Shown: piece after piece, positions 58,665 through 64,000 of the stretch
Numbering within the stretch: position 1 is the stretch's first letter
How the letters are laid out: each line of letters begins with the position of its first letter
Source: an uncultured Verrucomicrobiae bacterium
GTDB taxonomy: Bacteria > Verrucomicrobiota > Verrucomicrobiia > Chthoniobacterales > Chthoniobacteraceae
Direction: 5' to 3'
Assembly (NCBI GenBank): GCA_963836755.1
Contig: CAWIKF010000002.1
Coordinates: 256,001-320,000, forward strand
DNA length: 64,000 nucleotides
Notes under the pieces: generated by a model
Told to the model about the DNA's origin: nothing
The model's database searches: none
Seen by the model: only the letters and a program-made list of their open reading frames with translations
Program-made: the position numbers and the translations under genes

Positions 58665-60476
58665 ATGAACTCACCGAGGGCTGCGGTCTTGCACGGGAAA
58701 CGCAAGCGGCTGCGTCGCGTATTGCCGCCCCTCGTTTTGCTCGCGCTTTCCAGCTCTCTGCTCGCGATGCCACTCCGCAAGACGGCTGCCGCCAGCCGTG
58801 TCGTGCAGGCCGATGTGCTCGCCAGCGAGCCGCCGCGGAGCGCGCCTGACCTTCTCCTGAAAAAGGAGGATGAGCGAAAAGCGGATGCGCTTGCTGCATT
58901 CGCGAGCGGGATTATTTTTGAGGACAATGGCGAGGCGGACAAATCCTTCGCCGCTTATCAGAAAGCGCTCGGCCTCGATCCCGCGTATGCCGACCTCGCG
59001 GTGAAGCTCGCCCTCGAGCTCGTCCAGCGAAATGATATTTCCGGCGCGATCGCGATGCTGAAGGATTCGATCAAAGCCTCGCCGAAAAATCCCGAGACCT
59101 ACCTTTATCTCTCGCTGATCTACCGGAAATATCTGCAAAAGATGGACCTCGCGCAGAGATACGCGCAGCAGGCGGTCGATATCGATCCGGACAACTTTGC
59201 TCCCTATCTCGCGCTCTACGAAATTTTCGTCGACACGAATCAGCAAAAAAAAGCTGAGCAGGTGCTCGAGCGCGCATCAAAGCTCGATAGCGACGACGGC
59301 CAATTTTGGCTGCAGCTCGGCGGATTCTACGTGCGGCTCCTCGTGAAAGACGACGGCTCGGCGACGCCCGCCGCCGTGAAAAAGATGAACGTCATTTTCG
59401 AAAAAGCGCGCACCTACGCTGCCGAAGATCCGAATATTCTGACGAAAGTCGCCGATTACTACGTGCTCACCGGGCAGGTGAAGGAATCGATCCCGCTTTA
59501 TCTCAAGGTCCTCGAATTAAAACAGAACACGTCCGACGCGACGCTCGCAGCTGTGCAGGACAAACTCGCGAAAAGTTTTCGCCTCATGGGCCAGCGCGAT
59601 GAAGCGATCGCCATGCTCGAAAAGCTCATCAAGAAAGATCCGATGCGCTACGGCGCGTATGAATTTCTCGGCGAGCTGTATGAGGAAAAAGGCGATCCAC
59701 AGCGCGCGCTCGAGAACTACCAGCAAATGCTTTTGCTCGACCCCGCGCAGCCGCTGAACTACCTGCGCGTCGCAGAGTTTTTCATGCGCACCAAGAATTT
59801 GGACAAAGCCGTGCAGACGATGAAGGAGGCGCACCAAAAATTTCCGCGCCTGCCGCAGGTGACGTATTCGCTGGCCATCGCGCTGACCCAGGCAAAGCAA
59901 AATGCGGAAGCCATCGCGACTTACGACGAGGCTTTGCACGAGGCGCAAAACGGCCCCGACGAAATGCTCAACGGCCAATTTTATTTCAACTACGGCGCCG
60001 CGGCTGAGCAAGCCGGACTCACCGACAAGGCCGCCGAGCTCATGAAAAAATCGATCGAGCTCGACCCGACCAACGCCGCGCAGGCTTACAATTTCCTCGG
60101 CTACATGTGGGCCGACAAAGGCCAGCATCTCGAGGAGGCCGGGGATTTCATCAAGCGTGCGCTCGACATGGAGCCCGACAATCCCGCGTATCTCGACAGC
60201 CTCGGCTGGTGGTATTTTAAAAAAGGCGACACGGAGCGCGCGCTGACGCAATTGCAGAAAGCGGCGGCGGCGATCAAACCCGAGGATCCCGTGGTCGATG
60301 AGCATCTGGGCGATGCTTACGCGAAGCTAAACAATGTGGCGCAAGCGTTGGTTTATTGGCAAAAGGCCGCCGCGCTCGATCCGGAAAATAAAAACGCGCT
60401 GACGCAAAAAATCGAGAACGCGAAGCAGAAGATCGCCGCGCATCCCGCGTCCAGCACGGTGCAGGCCGAACCATAG
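58665..60476 (+). CDS. Exported tetratricopeptide-repeat protein
   Basis: Signal-like helix, many TPRs, NFLGYMWAD...YLDSLGW...EHLGD. Confidence 0.88.
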   Translation: MNSPRAAVLHGKRKRLRRVLPPLVLLALSSSLLAMPLRKTAAASRVVQADVLASEPPRSAPDLLLKKEDERKADALAAFASGIIFEDNGEADKSFAAYQKALGLDPAYADLAVKLALELVQRNDISGAIAMLKDSIKASPKNPETYLYLSLIYRKYLQKMDLAQRYAQQAVDIDPDNFAPYLALYEIFVDTNQQKKAEQVLERASKLDSDDGQFWLQLGGFYVRLLVKDDGSATPAAVKKMNVIFEKARTYAAEDPNILTKVADYYVLTGQVKESIPLYLKVLELKQNTSDATLAAVQDKLAKSFRLMGQRDEAIAMLEKLIKKDPMRYGAYEFLGELYEEKGDPQRALENYQQMLLLDPAQPLNYLRVAEFFMRTKNLDKAVQTMKEAHQKFPRLPQVTYSLAIALTQAKQNAEAIATYDEALHEAQNGPDEMLNGQFYFNYGAAAEQAGLTDKAAELMKKSIELDPTNAAQAYNFLGYMWADKGQHLEEAGDFIKRALDMEPDNPAYLDSLGWWYFKKGDTERALTQLQKAAAAIKPEDPVVDEHLGDAYAKLNNVAQALVYWQKAAALDPENKNALTQKIENAKQKIAAHPASSTVQAEP

Positions 60477-60480
60477 CCAC

Positions 60481-60849
60481 ATGCCCGTCGAGCAAGCCCA
60501 CATCATCGACGCCATCGCTTTCGACGAGCGCGCCGGCGAAATCGCGCTCATTATGACGGAGACGCGCGCATGGACCGGCACGGAGCGGCACCTGTTTGAG
60601 TTGCAGGAAAAAGTGAACGCCTATCTTTCCTTCGCGCTCGATGGCGAAATGGCGGAAAATTTTCCGCAGTTCGCGGGTCGCCCAATGCGCCTGCAGCTAG
60701 AATGCACGGAGCCGCCCGACACAGCTTCGCTGCAAATGATCGCCGCAATGCGCGAGCAAATTGCGTTTCAGGGGATCCGCTTTGAGATCCGCACCGTCGC
60801 CGCGCAATCGTGCGGAACCGGCTGCACCTGCGAGCAGCCGCGCGACTAA
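60481..60849 (+). CDS. Hypothetical protein (DUF6572-like) with C-terminal CGTGCTC
   Basis: IDAIA, LQEKVNAYLSFALDGE. Confidence 0.7.
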   Translation: MPVEQAHIIDAIAFDERAGEIALIMTETRAWTGTERHLFELQEKVNAYLSFALDGEMAENFPQFAGRPMRLQLECTEPPDTASLQMIAAMREQIAFQGIRFEIRTVAAQSCGTGCTCEQPRD

Positions 60850-60892
60850 TCACGCTTGTTTCCACCCGCTTTCTCGGCCAACTTCCGGCGCT

Positions 60893-61900
60893 ATGGGCAA
60901 ATATCGTTTCGGCTGTCTCGCCGCGGTTCTGGTCGCGCTTTTGTGCATCAGCATTCTTTTTAATCTGGTTTTCATCGCGGGCAGAGCGCGTCCGCTCGCG
61001 AGCGGCCATCTCCACGCCGAGCACGCGCCGAAATTTGACGAGCGCACCGTGATCAATGCCTCCCGCTCGACGTCCGACAAAATCGCGCTCATTTCGTTGC
61101 GCGGCATCATCTCATCCTCGCGCAGCGGTTCACTCGGCGAGACGATGGTCGATGACTTGAAAATCGCGTTGCGCCAGGCGGCGGACGACAGCGACGTGAA
61201 GGCGATCGTCCTCAATGTCGACTCGCCCGGCGGCGAAGTCACCGCGTCCGATGAGATCTACGCAGCTGTCAAACAAGTGCGCGAGAAAAAGCCGGTGGTC
61301 ATTTACATGGGCTCGCTCGCCGCATCCGGCGGTTATTACATTTCCTGCGCCGGCAGCTGGCTGATGGCGAACGAAACGACCCTCACCGGCAGCATCGGCG
61401 TCATCATTGAAACGCTGAATTACCAAAACCTTTTCGGCAAGATCGGCCTCGACATGGTCGTCTTCAAAAGCGGCCAGTTTAAAGACATCCTCAGCGGCGC
61501 ACGCGCGATGACGCCGGAGGAGCAGCAATACATCCAGAGCCTCGTGATGGAGATTTATGGGAAGTTTGTCGGCATCGTCGCGCAGGAGCGGCACCTGCCC
61601 GAAGATCAGCTCCGCAAGGGCATCGCCGACGGCCGCGTCATTTCCGGAAAGGACGCGCTGGCTGACAAACTCATCGATCAGCTCGGGCAAATTGACGACG
61701 CGTTTGCGAAGGCGCGCGACCTCGGTCATGCGCCCGGCGCGGCCGTCATTCGCTACGAAGAAGGGTTCCGTCTCGGCCGGCTTTTCCAAATGCTGAGTCA
61801 GTCGGAAAACGCGAAAGTCGAAGTCAAACTTGACGATCGCCTCGTGCCGAAATTAGAAACCGGCCGCCTCTATTTGCTGCCCGGCTTTTTCGCGCCGTAA
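60893..61900 (+). CDS. sppA: Signal peptide peptidase SppA (S49)
   Basis: VDSPGG, AASGGYY, TGSIGV, KSGQFKD, DGRV. Confidence 0.93.
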   Translation: MGKYRFGCLAAVLVALLCISILFNLVFIAGRARPLASGHLHAEHAPKFDERTVINASRSTSDKIALISLRGIISSSRSGSLGETMVDDLKIALRQAADDSDVKAIVLNVDSPGGEVTASDEIYAAVKQVREKKPVVIYMGSLAASGGYYISCAGSWLMANETTLTGSIGVIIETLNYQNLFGKIGLDMVVFKSGQFKDILSGARAMTPEEQQYIQSLVMEIYGKFVGIVAQERHLPEDQLRKGIADGRVISGKDALADKLIDQLGQIDDAFAKARDLGHAPGAAVIRYEEGFRLGRLFQMLSQSENAKVEVKLDDRLVPKLETGRLYLLPGFFAP

Positions 61901-61903
61901 CGC

Positions 61904-62713
61904 GTGCAGCCGCATCCCGTCATTCCGGTGTGGCTCGGCGCCATCATCGGATGTTTGGTTTTTCTCAGCCTCGCTATTTATGGAGTTTTGCTCCGCCGCG
62001 TTTGCGCGAATGGCGGCAAAGTTAGCGCGCGCGAGTTTGGCATTCCCGATCTTTTTCTCGGCGGCTTTTTTGCCGGGTGGTTCTGCATCGCGATCGCGCG
62101 CGGATTTAACGCCAACCCGCATCCCGTCACGAACGCCGACGAAGTTCGCGGCGCGCTCCTGTTCGTTTTCATCATGATCGGAATCGCCGGATTCCTGCAC
62201 TGGCGCGGCATCGACGTCTGGCGGCAATTCGGCGCGAACCAGGTTTTTCCGCTACTCGCACCGGTGCTGGCTGCCGGATTTTTATTCGCCGCGTATCCGG
62301 CGATCGGGCTTGTCGGTAAGCTCACCGAACTCGGCCTGGGCGCGCGCGCGGAGCAGCAGGAAGTCGTGAAATTTTTTCTCCAGTCACTGCACAATTCCAA
62401 CCGGACTTCCCTCATCCTCACGCTGCTACTCGGCGTCGTCGTTGCGCCGGTCGCCGAGGAATTTTTGTTTCGCGGCTACCTTTACGGCGTGATGAAACGC
62501 TACTGCGGGCCGCTCGTGGCGATGCTGCTCAGCTCCGCGCTTTTCGCCGCAGTGCATCTGAATCTCGCCTCGCTGCCGGCGCTTTTCCTGCTCGCGCTCT
62601 GCTTCGCCATCGTCTACGAAACGACCGGCTGCATCCTCGTGAACATGTCGATGCACGCGCTTTTCAACCTCTTCATGTTCATGGTTTTGCTCCTCGTCCA
62701 GCGCTCCGCATGA
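61904..62713 (+). CDS. CPBP/Abi (CAAX protease-like) intramembrane protease
   Basis: APVAEEFLFRG, FAAVH, HALFN. Confidence 0.9.
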   Translation: MQPHPVIPVWLGAIIGCLVFLSLAIYGVLLRRVCANGGKVSAREFGIPDLFLGGFFAGWFCIAIARGFNANPHPVTNADEVRGALLFVFIMIGIAGFLHWRGIDVWRQFGANQVFPLLAPVLAAGFLFAAYPAIGLVGKLTELGLGARAEQQEVVKFFLQSLHNSNRTSLILTLLLGVVVAPVAEEFLFRGYLYGVMKRYCGPLVAMLLSSALFAAVHLNLASLPALFLLALCFAIVYETTGCILVNMSMHALFNLFMFMVLLLVQRSA

Positions 62714-63600
62714 ATCCGCGCGCGCCCGGCGAAGATCAGCTCATCGCGGAACTGACGCGCGGCCTCGTTCGCGGGAAAAATGTGCGCTCAGGCATCGGCG
62801 ATGATTGCGCGGTCGTCGGCACGCGCTCCGCGAAAAAATGGCTGCTGCTGAAAACCGATTGCATCATCGAGGATGTTCATTTCACCGGTCGCAGCGACCC
62901 ATTCCAGATCGGCTGGAAAGCGGCCGCGCGCGCGCTCAGCGACGTCGCCGCGATGGGCGGCATTCCGCTCCACGCGCTTGTCACCATCGCCATTCCCGCG
63001 CCGCTAAACGTCGTGTTTCTAAAAGCGATTTATCGCGGGCTCAACAGCGCGCTCGGGAAATTCGGCGCGGCAATTGTTGGCGGCGAAACCGCGCGCTCGC
63101 CGGCAAATCTTTTTCTCTCCATCGCGCTCGCCGGCGAGGTCGAGCCTGCGCGTTGCGTCACCCGGAGTGGCGGTAAAGTTGGCGACGCGATTTTCGTCAC
63201 GGGCCGGCTTGGCAACTCGATTCGCGGGAAACATCTCACTTTCACGCCGCGCATCGCGGAGGCGCGCTGGCTGACGAAAAATTTCCACATTCACGCGATG
63301 ATGGATTTGAGCGACGGCCTCGGCACCGATCTGCCGCGGCTCGCGCGATCGAGCGGCGTCGACTTCGAAATCGAGGAAAAAAAGCTGCCGCTCACACGCG
63401 GAAGTGACGCGAAAAACGCGCTCGGCGATGGCGAAGATTACGAGCTACTTTTCACCGTCGCCCCAAAGGCCTGCGAAAAGTTGGAACGCAGCTGGAGTAA
63501 AAAATTTCCAGCGCTGCCGCTCACGCGCATCGGCCTGCTGACTCAAAAAAGCAAAAATCGGAATCAAACTTTGCCTCGTGGCTTCGATCATTTCGCATAG
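62710..63600 (+). CDS. thiL: Thiamine-monophosphate kinase
   Basis: GIGDDCA, KTD, LSDVAAMGG, GGET, MDLSDGL, GEDYELLFT, GFDHF. Confidence 0.95.
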   Translation: MNPRAPGEDQLIAELTRGLVRGKNVRSGIGDDCAVVGTRSAKKWLLLKTDCIIEDVHFTGRSDPFQIGWKAAARALSDVAAMGGIPLHALVTIAIPAPLNVVFLKAIYRGLNSALGKFGAAIVGGETARSPANLFLSIALAGEVEPARCVTRSGGKVGDAIFVTGRLGNSIRGKHLTFTPRIAEARWLTKNFHIHAMMDLSDGLGTDLPRLARSSGVDFEIEEKKLPLTRGSDAKNALGDGEDYELLFTVAPKACEKLERSWSKKFPALPLTRIGLLTQKSKNRNQTLPRGFDHFA

Positions 63601-63994
63601 CGCGCAGGAAACTTTTGATTGCGGATTTCGCCTCGCTGCGAGTCTCGCGCGCGGCGACGTGCTCGCGCTCGTCGGCGAACTCGGCGCGGGAAAAACGCAC
63701 TTTGTGAAAGGACTCGCGCGCGGTCTCGACGTGCCGGACGAGGTGACGAGCCCCACCTTCACGCTCGTCCACGAATACGTCGGAGGGCCGCTGCCGCTTT
63801 ATCACATCGACTTTTACCGCATTGATTCTGCGGACGAATTTTCAAAAATCGCCCTCGACGAATATTTGCCGTCCGATGGAATCACAGCTGTGGAATGGGC
63901 CGACAAGTTTCCAGATCTCATCCCGCGAAACGCAAGATGGATTCATTTCCGCGAACGCGAAATCGAAGCGCGTGAAATCGAAATCGCACCGTGA
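63578..63994 (+). CDS. tsaE: tRNA threonylcarbamoyladenosine biosynthesis ATPase TsaE
   Basis: GELGAGKT, VTSPTF, HIDFYRI, VEWADK. Confidence 0.95.
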   Translation: MASIISHSAQETFDCGFRLAASLARGDVLALVGELGAGKTHFVKGLARGLDVPDEVTSPTFTLVHEYVGGPLPLYHIDFYRIDSADEFSKIALDEYLPSDGITAVEWADKFPDLIPRNARWIHFREREIEAREIEIAP

Positions 63995-64000
63995 TCACGC

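Noticed and set aside
63991..64000. Possible start of tsaB (GTG ATC ACG)
   Set aside because: Only 10 nt visible; cannot be supported

Overview
GC-rich, gene-dense bacterial chromosome segment. Gene content and protein families suggest Verrucomicrobiota, possibly Chthoniobacterales-like (inference). It is mostly housekeeping: STAS-PP2C-grpE-dnaJ-rsmE, murI/amidase, valS, larC, lysS-lolE, ilvC, fumC, glpX, an isolated nuoA, HU, a GH57 branching enzyme, hisG-bS22, sppA, thiL-tsaE. The most interesting unit is a ~12 kb purine-catabolism cluster (uraD-uraH-allC-allB-allE-[CitE-like TIM barrel]-fused xdhAB-ade, plus a divergent second M20 amidohydrolase). It has no recognisable urate oxidase and no ureidoglycolate lyase or dehydrogenase, and its two unassigned enzymes fit the missing downstream steps. 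Other oddities are a 21-bp-period heptad insertion inside ValRS, a small Cys-repeat lipoprotein, two small genes absent from the ORF track (a 39-aa membrane peptide and bS22), an HTH-MBL fusion, and a decayed GH2/CBM32 remnant. Seven frameshifts in six conserved genes are all single-base insertions, most likely sequencing or assembly errors. I saw no tRNA, rRNA, CRISPR array, transposase or phage genes. Family names come from motif recognition by eye, not database searches.
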